From Terriglobia bacterium (GTDB lineage: Bacteria; Acidobacteriota; Terriglobia; 2-12-FULL-54-10), in assembly GCA_963666975.2 (NCBI GenBank), contig CAXVYR010000003.1, positions 864,001-928,000 of the forward strand: DNA of 64,000 nt, given 5' to 3'. A program made the position numbers and the translations under genes. The notes beneath the pieces were generated by a model. That model had not been told where the DNA came from, did no database searches, and saw only the letters and a list, made by a program, of their open reading frames with translations. Of the stretch, positions 45,285 through 55,261 are shown in pieces (positions within the stretch are counted from its first letter, which is position 1; every line of letters starts with the position of its first letter).

Positions 45285-46166
45285 ATGGGTTTTGAATACT
45301 GGCACATGCTGCCGATTTCGATCCTCATCGCAACCGCAGCGATGGCCTCCGGCGTGGGAGGCGCCACCTTTTTCACCCCGCTATTCATCCTTGTCCTGGG
45401 ACTGCCCGTTCCTGTGGCCGTGGCAGCGGGACTGATGACCGCGACCTGCGGCTTTGCCAGCGGCCTTTACGCTTACTCACGAAGGCGGGTTGTTGATTAC
45501 AAGCTAGGGTTATTGCTGCTTGCCGTCGCGGTGCCGATGGCTCTGGCTGGGACATAGCTCTCCGGCCATGTCGATCCGGGAGTTGTTAAAGTGATCCTGG
45601 CATTGATGCTGTTCGGCATAGCGGCCAGCTTCCTGCGCTCACCGGCGCACCCCGAAGCCGCTTATAGTGACGCCTCTGAGACTGACGCTGCTTACATGGC
45701 TGCCGCCCATCCAGAGAACTCCGAAGACATTCAGAACCACTCCTGCCTGACGGCAGCCGATGGGGAGACGATCTGCTACCCCATCCCCAACCGTACGGAG
45801 GGACAGGGGATCGCCTGCATCGGCGGATTATTTCTCGGCATGAGCTCAGCGGGCCTGGGCGAACTGAACGGATATTTTCTAATGCAACGGTCTCGCATGC
45901 CCAGCAAAGTGGCTATCCCAACAACCGTCTTCGTTGTAGCGGTCACATCGCTGAGCGCCTCGGTCGGCCATGCCGTGCAGTTAATGCAGAGCGGGCTGGG
46001 TTCGCAAACACTGCTGCTCAATCTGCTTGTCTTCACCGTACCCGGCGTCATCATCGGCGGGCAGTTGGGGCCGATCCTGGCTCGCAACCTTGCCCACCGC
46101 GTGATGCTCCGCGCGCTGGCAATCCTGTTCACGATAGTCGGGGTAACGATGCTGGCGGGTGTGTAA
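45285..46166 (+). pseudogene. TauE/SafE-family sulfite exporter with in-frame TAG at 45555
   Basis: GVGGATFFTP, GLGELN, VPGVIIGGQLG; both ORFs in the same frame. Confidence 0.78.
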
Positions 46167-46251
46167 TGCAGACGGCGCGGACAATTCAGCCCGGCGCATT
46201 CTCCCCACTGCCGGATTGCTTGATCCACCTGCGGGGACGGGACCACATCGA

Positions 46252-46503
46252 TCAACTCATCAAGCCTAAACGCCGCAAATCGTCCTCGGTCCATTGGGCC
46301 TGTAATTCAAGGATGCTTTTTAATGTTCCTGGCCGAAAAGTGTCGGAAACGTGGTGGAAGGAGAGGGTGACGCGTCGTCCATCGGGGTGAGCATAGCGCC
46401 GGTGGCTTCCTCGCTGTCTTTTCAAGGTAAAGGCATCTGCGGTCAGGGCGGCGATCAACCGGCGGGCAGTAAGCGACCGCAGCTTCACATACTCGATCGT
46501 CAT
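46252..46503 (-). CDS. hicA: HicA-family toxin
   Basis: RQRGSHRRY.HPDGRRVT..H.....GTLKSI. Confidence 0.85.
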   Translation of the reverse strand: MTIEYVKLRSLTARRLIAALTADAFTLKRQRGSHRRYAHPDGRRVTLSFHHVSDTFRPGTLKSILELQAQWTEDDLRRLGLMS

Positions 46504-46733
46504 ACCGTAACGGCAACCACTGTCCGGTCTGAGGCGGTTACGACCTCCGGTAAAGACGCTCCGTCTTCCAGCATCTCCTCGATCACTATTTGAACAACCT
46601 CTTGCAGATTCTTGAGCGCCTCATCCTGGGTGTGTCCCCAGGTTGCCGCTCCCTTCTCTTCCAGTTCCGGGACGTAGGCACGCCAGACATCCTCATCGCG
46701 TTCGATGGCAACAGGGAAAATGTAGGATTTCAC
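46500..46733 (-). CDS. hicB: HicB-family antitoxin
   Basis: AYVPEL..GAATWG.T.DEALKNLQEV; GTG start after AAGGAGG. Confidence 0.82.
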   Translation of the reverse strand: MKSYIFPVAIERDEDVWRAYVPELEEKGAATWGHTQDEALKNLQEVVQIVIEEMLEDGASLPEVVTASDRTVVAVTV

Positions 46734-46832
46734 GGACACGCCCTCCTTGTGAACCATGGTAGCATAATCCTCGGTATGTAGACTTTGGGTCAGGAAAATG
46801 CTATCCGTAGCAATCTCTTTCATTTTCAGTCT

Positions 46833-47576
46833 CTAACTACAATTATCAGTGGTCTTCTGCAACATCCCTCGAATCGCTTCCCGCACCTTTTCGGCTAGCA
46901 GGTCCTTATCCTTCCTGTTCATTCCTTCTGTCGAGATCGGGTCGCCCACAATCAGCCGGACGCGCCCGCCGTGGATGTTGAGCGAGTCCGGCGCCAGCAC
47001 CGCACGAGTCCCCGCGATGACCATAGGCACCACGGGCACGCGGGTGTCCAGCGCCAGCCGGAAACTACCGCTTAGAAATGGCTGCAACGTCCCGTCAGGG
47101 CTCCGGCCGCCCTCCGGGAACAGGATGATCGATGTCCCCTGACGGATTCGCTCCCTCGCCTTTGCCAGGCTGCGAACCGCGTCCCGAGGGTTGCGCGTGT
47201 CTCCCGGCAGATGCCCTGCCCGGCTTAGGTGCCACCCCATAAAGGGAATCGCAAAGAGCGATTTCTTAGCGACGATGCGGAACTGGAAGGGCAAGAACCC
47301 GAAGACCACGGGCGTATCCATGTAGCTCAAATGGTTGGAGCAAAAGACGCAGGGTTTCGTGAGGTCGATCTTTTCCAGCCCCTTGACTGTTACCCTCACA
47401 AAGCTTGTGGCCAGGATCAGGCGCGACCAAATGCGGGCGCAGGCGTGCTGGAAGCGTCCCCGCCGCTCAAAAAGCGAGCCGGTCAGCGACAGGCTGCCCA
47501 TCACAATCGTGTAGAGAGAAATCAGAGGAATGGTAAACAGGACCGAGCGAATCCAACTCAGCGAGTTCCACAGCAT
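46833..47576 (-). CDS. plsC: 1-acyl-sn-glycerol-3-phosphate acyltransferase
   Basis: NHLSYMD, FPEGGRS; ATG overlaps the folC stop. Confidence 0.88.
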   Translation of the reverse strand: MLWNSLSWIRSVLFTIPLISLYTIVMGSLSLTGSLFERRGRFQHACARIWSRLILATSFVRVTVKGLEKIDLTKPCVFCSNHLSYMDTPVVFGFLPFQFRIVAKKSLFAIPFMGWHLSRAGHLPGDTRNPRDAVRSLAKARERIRQGTSIILFPEGGRSPDGTLQPFLSGSFRLALDTRVPVVPMVIAGTRAVLAPDSLNIHGGRVRLIVGDPISTEGMNRKDKDLLAEKVREAIRGMLQKTTDNCS

Positions 47577-48970
47577 TAGCGATCGCCCGAGGGAACCAGC
47601 ACAGTCTCCCGCAGCCAATCCGCCCCTTCGGCTTCCGGAGCGCACAGCCGCTTGATGTCGCCCACCAGGAAGAGCGAGCCGGTAACGAAAATTACATCCT
47701 CGTCCGAAGCCATCGCAAGCGCCGCTTCGAGCGCCGCCGCAGGCGCAGGCTCGATCACAAGATTCCGGCTCAGGTGGCTCGACAGTTCCCGCAGTGTCTC
47801 CGGGACAGCGGCTCGAAACTGTTCCGGGCGTGTCAGCACAACAGCGGAGGCTTGGGGGAACAGAATCTCCATGATCTCCTGGACCGCCTTGTCCCGCATA
47901 GCGCCGTAGACCAGGATGAGGTGGCGGGAGGGAAAATTCTCCTCCCAAAAGCGAACCAGCGCCCGCGCTGCGGAAGGATTGTGCGCACCATCCAGAAAGA
48001 CCCGTGGACGTTGCCGAAACAACTCCAGCCGCCCGGGCCACTCGGCCGCGGCCAGGCCCCGCTGGATGTCGTCGTCTGAGATGGGGAATCCCAGCCGCGC
48101 CAGCTCTCTCGCGCCGGCGACGGCAGCCAGGGCATTCTCCACCTGATGCCTTCCCCGCAACGACAGCTTCACGGGAAGCGATGGGCCGTCGTTCGCGCAG
48201 GCCAGAAAGCGATATTGTCCCTCGTGCCGGGAAACTTCCCCGGCGAAATATTCCCTCCCGACCTCCACCAGCCGCGCTCCTTGCTCGCGCGCCCTGGCGC
48301 GAATCACTTCCGCTGCCGCCGGATGAGAAGCCGCGCTCACCACCACCGATCCCGGCTTGATGACCCCGGCCTTTTCCGAAGCGATCGCTGCAATGGTGTT
48401 GCCTAAAAACCGCTCATGGTCAAAGTCGATCTCCGTCAGCAGCGAGAGGCAGGCGGCTGACGTGTTGGTGGCGTCCAGCCGTCCTCCCATGCCCACCTCC
48501 AGGACCGCCATGTCGCACCTCCGCCGGCGAAAGTACTCCATGCCCATTGCGGTCAGGCATTCAAAGTATGTGGGATGATAACGAAGCCGCCCCGCCGCCA
48601 AGAGCCGCTCGATCCGGCTGCGGAGGAAAGTAAACAGTTCGGCAAATTCCTCGGGAGGGATTGGATGGCCGCCGACCCGAATTCGTTCATTGATCTCCAC
48701 CAGGTGAGGCGAGGTATAAAGACCGGAGCGCAGGCCCGCCGCCCGAAGCACCGCATCCAGCATGGCGGCAGCCGAGCCTTTCCCGTTTGTGCCCGCAACC
48801 AGGATGCTGCGATAGGCCTCCTGGGGCCGCCCCAAATCTTCCAGCAGTTCGGTAATGTTACCGAGCCCCAATTTCTGGACGGTATCGGAAGCCGAGGCGC
48901 GGAGCTCATTGCCGAGCGAAATTAAGTATCGAGTGGCTCCTGCGTAATCCATCGTCTCCATCCATCTCAA
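47576..48970 (-). CDS. folC: Dihydrofolate synthase/folylpolyglutamate synthase
   Basis: VAGTNGKGS, YTSPHL, EVGMGGRLDATN, DGAHN. Confidence 0.95.
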   Translation of the reverse strand: MRWMETMDYAGATRYLISLGNELRASASDTVQKLGLGNITELLEDLGRPQEAYRSILVAGTNGKGSAAAMLDAVLRAAGLRSGLYTSPHLVEINERIRVGGHPIPPEEFAELFTFLRSRIERLLAAGRLRYHPTYFECLTAMGMEYFRRRRCDMAVLEVGMGGRLDATNTSAACLSLLTEIDFDHERFLGNTIAAIASEKAGVIKPGSVVVSAASHPAAAEVIRARAREQGARLVEVGREYFAGEVSRHEGQYRFLACANDGPSLPVKLSLRGRHQVENALAAVAGARELARLGFPISDDDIQRGLAAAEWPGRLELFRQRPRVFLDGAHNPSAARALVRFWEENFPSRHLILVYGAMRDKAVQEIMEILFPQASAVVLTRPEQFRAAVPETLRELSSHLSRNLVIEPAPAAALEAALAMASDEDVIFVTGSLFLVGDIKRLCAPEAEGADWLRETVLVPSGDR

Positions 48971-49809
48971 CCCATAAAGAAATTCAAGGAGCGCGCCAAA
49001 AAGGCTTTTAGCTCCCGGCGGGGCACTATGGCATCCAGCATCCCGTGTTCCAGAAGAAATTCGCTCCGCTGGAATCCGGCAGGAAGCTTCTGGCGTATGG
49101 TCTGCTCAATCACGCGCGGGCCGGCAAACCCGATCAGCGCTCCCGGTTCGGCGATGTTCAGGTCGCCGAGCATGGCGAAGCTGGCCGTCACGCCGCCCGT
49201 GGTGGGATCGGTGAGGAGGCTGAGAAAAGGAATGCGGGCTTCATCCAGGCGCGCCAGCGCGGCGCTGATCTTGGCCATCTGCATCAAGCTCACCGTTCCT
49301 TCCATCATCCGAGCGCCGCCGGACGCCGACACAATCACCAGCGGCAGCCGCTTTGCCATGGCGCGTTCAATGGCGCGGGTCACCATCTCTCCCACCACGC
49401 AACCCATGCTCCCGCCGATGAAGGCATATTCCATCGCACAGACAATCACGGCCCGGCCCTCCATGCTGCCTTCCGCGCTGATCAGCGCATCCTTCAAACC
49501 CGTGGATTGCTGGCTGCTCAGCAACCTGTCCTGGTAGGGTTTCAGGTCCACAAAATGCAGCGGGTCGGTCGTCTCCAATCCGGCATCCTGCTCCGTATAT
49601 TTTCCGTCGTCGAGCAACAGCCGCAGGCGCGCCCGTGCATCGATGCGGAAATGAAAGCCGCACCGGGGACAGACATTCCAGCTCGCTTCCAGGTCTTTCT
49701 TCCAGATAATTTGCCGGCACCCGCCGCACTTGATCCACAAGCCTTCCGTGCGAACCCGCGATCCTTCCGCGGGCTGGATGGGCTGTTTTTCTCTGCGAAA
49801 CCACGCCAT
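48967..49809 (-). CDS. accD: Acetyl-CoA carboxylase carboxyltransferase beta subunit
   Basis: C4 zinc finger, GGSMG, SGGARM, PTTGGVTASF, GFAGPRVIEQT. Confidence 0.96.
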   Translation of the reverse strand: MAWFRREKQPIQPAEGSRVRTEGLWIKCGGCRQIIWKKDLEASWNVCPRCGFHFRIDARARLRLLLDDGKYTEQDAGLETTDPLHFVDLKPYQDRLLSSQQSTGLKDALISAEGSMEGRAVIVCAMEYAFIGGSMGCVVGEMVTRAIERAMAKRLPLVIVSASGGARMMEGTVSLMQMAKISAALARLDEARIPFLSLLTDPTTGGVTASFAMLGDLNIAEPGALIGFAGPRVIEQTIRQKLPAGFQRSEFLLEHGMLDAIVPRRELKAFLARSLNFFMG

Positions 49810-50134
49810 GATTTCCTCTCGCGAGACCCTTCATCTGAAAGGATCGGCTGCCTGAAACGCACCGAATGTCCGACCCTAATGTCCAACAGGACGGCCTTGT
49901 CGAAAACTTCGCCTTCCCTGGCAATCCAGTTGATTTTCTTTACCGGCCCCCAGCGTTCAACCGCCGGCGGCAGGGCTCTCGCCGAGTATTTTACACTTTT
50001 CGGTTGATCGGGAAGCTTTCTCAACCACTCAATGCGTAAAATTGCCGGGGGCTGCCGCCGGCAATCTTACGCGCCGACTGGCTTGAGAAGCTCGCCGCAT
50101 AACCGCAAGGCGTTAAACTCTCGGCGAGAGCCTC

Positions 50135-50587
50135 CTAGCGCGGATAGGGATGGTGGGCGAGCAGCGTGCAGGCGCGGTAGATTTGCTCCAGCAAAACAAC
50201 GCGCGCCAACTCGTGGGGCATCGTCAGGGGCGAGAGGGAGAGCAGCAAATCGGCCTCCCGCCGAAAAGGCTGCGAAAAGCCGTCCGCGCCGCCGACACAA
50301 AAGCAGATGCCGCGGTTTCCCTCATCGCGGCTGCGCTGCCAGAAGCGCGCAAAATCCTGCGAGGTCCACAAGCTCCCGGAAGCATCCAGGACTACACGAT
50401 AGGAGCCGACCGAGCGGGCCAGCAGGACCGCCTCCTCGCCCTTTACATCCCCCTTTCGTTTTTCTTTGCCGCGAATCTCTTCCGCGCGAAACTGGCAAAA
50501 CCGTCCCAGGCGGCGGGTGTATTCCTCGGTGAGAGCCGCCACCCCCGGTAGGCGGGTTTTCCCCACCCAGAACACCCGCACTTCCAT
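50135..50587 (-). CDS. rlmH: 23S rRNA pseudouridine-1915 N3-methyltransferase
   Basis: GGADG, LSPLTMPHELARVVLLEQIYRA..HPYPR. Confidence 0.93.
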   Translation of the reverse strand: MEVRVFWVGKTRLPGVAALTEEYTRRLGRFCQFRAEEIRGKEKRKGDVKGEEAVLLARSVGSYRVVLDASGSLWTSQDFARFWQRSRDEGNRGICFCVGGADGFSQPFRREADLLLSLSPLTMPHELARVVLLEQIYRACTLLAHHPYPR

Positions 50588-50649
50588 GCCATCGTTCCTC
50601 CACGGACTGCCTGGCTAAACGGGCTGTCCCGCCGGGTATTTCACGCCCT

Positions 50650-51015
50650 TCACAACTCAGCCTCGTCCGGCACCCGTCGCGTGGTCCGCCACAGCCGCTC
50701 CAGATTGTAGAAGGCTCTGGCCTGCTCGGAGAAGATGTGAACCACAAAATCCGCGTAGTCCATCAAAATCCACTCAGCGTGATTATAGCCTTCAATATGG
50801 GATGGCAGCAAACCGTGCTGCTTCAGGCGGCGCTCGATCTCGTCGCTGATGGATTGCATTTGCCGCCCGCTGGCGCCGCTGCAAATCAGGAAGTGACCGG
50901 TGAACGCAGCCACCGCGCTCAACTCCAGAACGAGCAGATCCTGGGCTTTTTTGTCCCGTGCCGCTTCCACCGCTACTCCCAGCGAGGATATCTGTTTACC
51001 CTTCGTGGTTTTCAT
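50650..51015 (-). CDS. rsfS: Ribosome silencing factor
   Basis: DKKAQD, WILMDY.D.VVHIF...R.FYNLERLW. Confidence 0.93.
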   Translation of the reverse strand: MKTTKGKQISSLGVAVEAARDKKAQDLLVLELSAVAAFTGHFLICSGASGRQMQSISDEIERRLKQHGLLPSHIEGYNHAEWILMDYADFVVHIFSEQARAFYNLERLWRTTRRVPDEAEL

Positions 51016-51652
51016 GGAATAGTCGCAACTTCTGAATGTAATCACCCACCAAATCCGGCACCAGTCCGCAGAGGGAGTTCCCTTCTGCGGCCAAGCTGCG
51101 GATTGTGGAAGAGGAGACATCCGCCTGAACCGTCGTCAGCAGATGAAGACTCGTCCGTCGCAGCGGAATACATTTTTCGGTGGCGCGGCCCGTTCGCAAC
51201 TCCGGCGGCACCGCCTTTGCAATTTCCTCAATCGGAAAACCCGGACGGCTGACGATGATGAAATCGCAGGAATCCAGCAGGGCAGCCGATTCGTGCCACT
51301 GCGGAATATCCAGGAAGGCATCTGCGCCGACCAGAAAATAGAGACGGTCCTCGGAAGACAACAAGGCAGCCAGTTTCCGGACGGTGACAATGGAGTAATT
51401 GACCTCCTCGCCGTTCTGTTCCGAGGCTTCCAGCAAGGAAGGAATAAATTGCGGCACGCCGGCGCAAGCCAGGACAACCATAGCGTAGCGGTGTGCGAAG
51501 GAGGTGAGGGGACGGTCGCGCTTGTGGGGAGGGATGCTGGCCGGGACAAAATGGATTTGGTCCAGGGCGAAAGCATGCATCGCGGCTTGTGCGGCGGAGA
51601 GATGTCCGGAGTGCACCGGATCAAAGGTGCCTCCAAACAAAGCAACATTCAC
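50996..51652 (-). CDS. nadD: Nicotinate-nucleotide adenylyltransferase
   Basis: [25 protein letters not shown]. Confidence 0.93.
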   Translation of the reverse strand: MNVALFGGTFDPVHSGHLSAAQAAMHAFALDQIHFVPASIPPHKRDRPLTSFAHRYAMVVLACAGVPQFIPSLLEASEQNGEEVNYSIVTVRKLAALLSSEDRLYFLVGADAFLDIPQWHESAALLDSCDFIIVSRPGFPIEEIAKAVPPELRTGRATEKCIPLRRTSLHLLTTVQADVSSSTIRSLAAEGNSLCGLVPDLVGDYIQKLRLFHENHEG

Positions 51653-52740
51653 TCGTGCTCCCTTTCTGACACACCGGTTGCGTCACTCCACACGGCGGAC
51701 GACTCCGGCAGCGTGGAGGCAGCCGGCTCCGGCTCGGCGCACCGCCTTTCGCGCAGCATCTCGGCAAGGCCCCATTTCAACTCTTCCAAACCTTCCCCCG
51801 TAGCAGCAGAGACCCGAAACAACCTCAGATTCCGGCGAGCTGCCAACTGCTCCAGGGCGCGCAACCGGCGGCCTTGTCCGGCAAGGTCGAGCTTTGCGGC
51901 AACCAATATCATCGGCTTGCGGGCCAGCTCCGGCTGAAAGCGGGACAACTCTTCCATTATCGTCTCGAACTCTTGCTCCGGCTCCGACTCTTTGTGTTCG
52001 CTGACCTCGATCAAGTGCGCCAGCAGGTAGGTCCGCTCAATGTGCCGCAGAAATCGCATCCCCAGGCCATGACCGCTGTGCGCTCCCTCAATCAGGCCTG
52101 GGATATCGGCCACGACAAAACTCTCGTCTTCCTCCACACGGACCACGCCCAGACAAGGCTCCAGAGTGGTAAAGGGATAGTCGGCAACTTTCGGGCGAGC
52201 GGCGGAGATGCGGCTCAGCAAGGATGACTTCCCCACGTTGGGGAAACCCACCAGCCCGACATCGGCCAACAGTTTCAAAACCAGCTGCAGCCGCCGAAAC
52301 TCACCGGGGGTGCCGGGCTCCGCTTCCCGCGGCGTCTGATGCGTGGAGGTGGCAAAGCGCGCATTGCCCCTTCCGCCTCGTCCTCCGGCTGCAACGACAA
52401 ATCGCCGGTCAGGCCGGTCAAAGTCGCACAGCTTCACTCCCGAGTCTTCTTCCGTAACCACGCAGCCCACCGGCACCTTCAGCACCAGGTCCTCGCCGCT
52501 GCGCCCTTTTCGGTTGCTCCCCTCTCCATGTCTTCCCCGCGGAGCCTTATGCTCCGGGTTAAACCGGAAATGGATCAGGGTGTTGTGCTGCTGAGAACTC
52601 TCCAGGATCACGTCGCCGCCCTTGCCGCCGTCGCCGCCGCTGGGCCCCCCCCGAGGAATAAACTTTTCCCTTCGGAAAGCGACACAGCCGTTGCCGCCGC
52701 CGCCGGCCTTGACGGAAATCCTGGTCTCATCCACAAACAC
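51649..52740 (-). CDS. obgE: GTPase ObgE
   Basis: MFVDE, Gly-rich OBG fold, [18 protein letters not shown]. Confidence 0.96.
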   Translation of the reverse strand: MFVDETRISVKAGGGGNGCVAFRREKFIPRGGPSGGDGGKGGDVILESSQQHNTLIHFRFNPEHKAPRGRHGEGSNRKGRSGEDLVLKVPVGCVVTEEDSGVKLCDFDRPDRRFVVAAGGRGGRGNARFATSTHQTPREAEPGTPGEFRRLQLVLKLLADVGLVGFPNVGKSSLLSRISAARPKVADYPFTTLEPCLGVVRVEEDESFVVADIPGLIEGAHSGHGLGMRFLRHIERTYLLAHLIEVSEHKESEPEQEFETIMEELSRFQPELARKPMILVAAKLDLAGQGRRLRALEQLAARRNLRLFRVSAATGEGLEELKWGLAEMLRERRCAEPEPAASTLPESSAVWSDATGVSEREHE

Positions 52741-52787
52741 TGTCGGAATTTTTCTCCCGGAAGGGCTGCCGCCGACGGCGGACCGCC

Positions 52788-53069
52788 CTAACTTGCCGGC
52801 GGAGGGGCCGCTGGCTCTGCAGGCAAAACGTGAACAAATTTCCCGAACCGGCCCCGGTCAACAAAACGGACGACGCCGCTGATCTTTGCAAACAGCGTGT
52901 CGTCCCTGCCGCGGCCCACGTTTTCGCCCGGCTTGATGGGCGTCCCGCGCTGCCTCACCAGGATGGAACCGCCCGTGACCAACTGGCCTCCGAACCGTTT
53001 TACGCCCAACCGCTGCGCGTTGGAATCCCGGCCGTTGCGCGAACTCCCTAACCCTTTTTTGTGTGCCAT
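52788..53069 (-). CDS. rpmA: 50S ribosomal protein L27
   Basis: [24 protein letters not shown]. Confidence 0.97.
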   Translation of the reverse strand: MAHKKGLGSSRNGRDSNAQRLGVKRFGGQLVTGGSILVRQRGTPIKPGENVGRGRDDTLFAKISGVVRFVDRGRFGKFVHVLPAEPAAPPPAS

Positions 53070-53127
53070 ACTTCGATCATCCTCAGGCTTTCCCTGTTTT
53101 TAGCTTTCCCACCCGGCCCGGATGGAA

Positions 53128-53652
53128 TCAGCGTTTCTTGGTCGCGCCTCCGCTTTTTTTGGTTCCGCTTCCGCTCTTTTTCTGCGGGGCGCTGGTTTTT
53201 GCCGAAGGCTTTGCCGGGGCTTTCTTTGCAGTTTTCGGCGGCGCCTTGCGTGAAGCTTTTTGTGAAGCTTTCGGCGCGGCTTTCTTGGCAGGCTTCGGGG
53301 ATGCTTTCGGCGGAGCCTTCAGCGTTTCTCCCGGCGACAGCGAAATTTGATCCACGCGCAACTCCGTGTAACTTTGCCGGTGCCCGCGAGTTTTTTTGTA
53401 TTGCTTCTTTCTCTTAAAGTGAAAAACCAGAACCTTCCGGCTCCGGGCATGCGACAGGATCGTGGCCTCGACCTTCGCCTGCGCTACCGCCTCGCCAATC
53501 AATACTTTTCCCTCTTCGGCAGAAACGGCGAGCACTCGTCCGAACGCTCCCTCGCTTCCCTTCTCTCCCGGCAAACTCTCCACGCGGATTACATCGCCCG
53601 GCGCCACGCGGTACTGTTTGCCGCCCGTCTCAATGACGGCATACATCGACAC
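53128..53652 (-). CDS. rplU: 50S ribosomal protein L21 with Lys/Ala/Pro-rich C-terminal extension
   Basis: YAVIETGGKQY, GHRQ.YT. Confidence 0.96.
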   Translation of the reverse strand: MSMYAVIETGGKQYRVAPGDVIRVESLPGEKGSEGAFGRVLAVSAEEGKVLIGEAVAQAKVEATILSHARSRKVLVFHFKRKKQYKKTRGHRQSYTELRVDQISLSPGETLKAPPKASPKPAKKAAPKASQKASRKAPPKTAKKAPAKPSAKTSAPQKKSGSGTKKSGGATKKR

Positions 53653-53873
53653 CTCCAGCCTCTGCCGCCCCAGCCATTCATCTCTGCTTCCCGTGAGCCA
53701 CCCGCAATGTGCATCGGCTCATCCAACCGGAACGGCAACAAAACACCCTTGGATTCTTAGCCCGATTATTATAGAGGTCTCAACGGACCGGCGTCAAATG
53801 CGAAGCTGTGGCGGGGAAGCGGCTGGGGGAAATAATGGGGGTGAGATCTGCATGGCCGAGCGCGCCAGCGGCG

Positions 53874-53931
53874 ACTGCTGCGCAGACTGATTTAGCGCGA
53901 ACGCGCTAAGCCGTGGAGGAGTTGCCAAAAC
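53874..53931 (+). repeat. Repeat family B copy (CTGCTGCGCAGAC + hairpin + GAGGAGTTGCCAAAAC)
   Basis: Near-full match to 57757-57812; partial copies at 55847, 58514 and 61819. Confidence 0.75.
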
Positions 53932-53953
53932 ATAAAATTTGTCGGCGGCAGCC

Positions 53954-55060
53954 TTAGCGGCTGGCGGTCAGGCTTCGTGCGCGATCTCCTATCTGTTTCG
54001 CCTGTTCGGTCTCGCCCATCCGCGTGTACACTTCTGCCAGGTTTTCCAGCGGCACCGCCAAGTTCGGGTGCTCTGGTCCAAGGGCAGTCTCCGCGATCGC
54101 GAGCACCCGATGGAAGAGCGTCTCCGCTTCCCGGTAGTTGCCTTGCTCCTGGTAGAACACCGCAAAGTTGCTCAGCGTCGTGACCAACTCCGGATGCTGG
54201 CTGCCGTACACCTTTTCCTTGATAGCGAGAGCTTGTTGAAACAGCTTTTCGGCCTGTTCCGGCTTGCTCTGGGCTGCGTAAAGCAGCGCTTGGTTGTTGA
54301 GGTTCATTGCGATGATCGGATGATCCCGCCCGTGCTGTTTTTGGTCAATTTCCAGCGCCTTCCGGTAGAGCGGTTCCGCCAGCGGAAATGCGCCCCGCAC
54401 CCGGTATAGCTCGGCCAGGTTGTTCATGCAGGCCGCCACCAACGGATGATCCATCCCCAGCGCATTCCCGTAGATTCCCAGGGCGCGCTGATAGAGCGGC
54501 TCCGCTTGCTCCAGCTTGTTTTGCGCGGCGTAGAGGAGCGCCAGATTGTTCAACGCCTGCGCCAGGTCGGGATGTTCCGGTCCCAGAAACTTTTCCCGGA
54601 TGCTGATCGCCCTCTGGTACATCGGCTCGGCCGCGCCGTAATCCGCCTGCATCCGGCTCATCTCGCCCAGATTGTTCAGCGTGGTCGCCACCAGCGGGTT
54701 GTCCGGGCCCACCGCCGCCTCGGCAATCCGCAGGGCGCGCTCGTAGAGCGGCTTGGCTTCGGCAAACTGGCCGATCAGCCGGTGCATCTCCGCAAGATTA
54801 TTCAGGCTGATGGCCAGATTGGGATGCTCCACCCCAAAGGTCACTTCCGCAATCCGCGCCGCCTCGGCAGCGATGGGAATCCCTTCGGCGTAGCCGCCGC
54901 CCTCGTACAGGTCATACAGTTGTTGGTTGAGCCCATCCCACTGGCTTTTTTGCGCCCAAAGGCTCGAAACAAAAACAGCACTGGAGAAAAGGACCAGAAG
55001 GAAAGTTAGCCGACAATATTTTTGTATCATTGCAGTCAATCTAGCAAAGCGGAGGAACAA
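53954..55060 (-). CDS. Exported TPR-repeat protein (kinesin light chain-like)
   Basis: Signal peptide then about six HP.(V/L)A..LNNLA repeats. Confidence 0.85.
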   Translation of the reverse strand: MFLRFARLTAMIQKYCRLTFLLVLFSSAVFVSSLWAQKSQWDGLNQQLYDLYEGGGYAEGIPIAAEAARIAEVTFGVEHPNLAISLNNLAEMHRLIGQFAEAKPLYERALRIAEAAVGPDNPLVATTLNNLGEMSRMQADYGAAEPMYQRAISIREKFLGPEHPDLAQALNNLALLYAAQNKLEQAEPLYQRALGIYGNALGMDHPLVAACMNNLAELYRVRGAFPLAEPLYRKALEIDQKQHGRDHPIIAMNLNNQALLYAAQSKPEQAEKLFQQALAIKEKVYGSQHPELVTTLSNFAVFYQEQGNYREAETLFHRVLAIAETALGPEHPNLAVPLENLAEVYTRMGETEQAKQIGDRARSLTASR

Positions 55061-55261
55061 ACAAGCCCCGAAGTGGGCGTGGCTTTCTGCTTGCCATATT
55101 AGTTACCCCTCCCCTGAGCGCGCTCGTAGTCGGCTCCCTCGGGATCTTCGTCTCGCTCGGATCGATCCGCTTTCTCGCTCTCCTCGGCATCTGCGGGCTG
55201 TTCGCAATCATCGGGATAGTTTTCTTGCTCCCAAATTCCCTATCGCTGAAACTCGGCTTGT

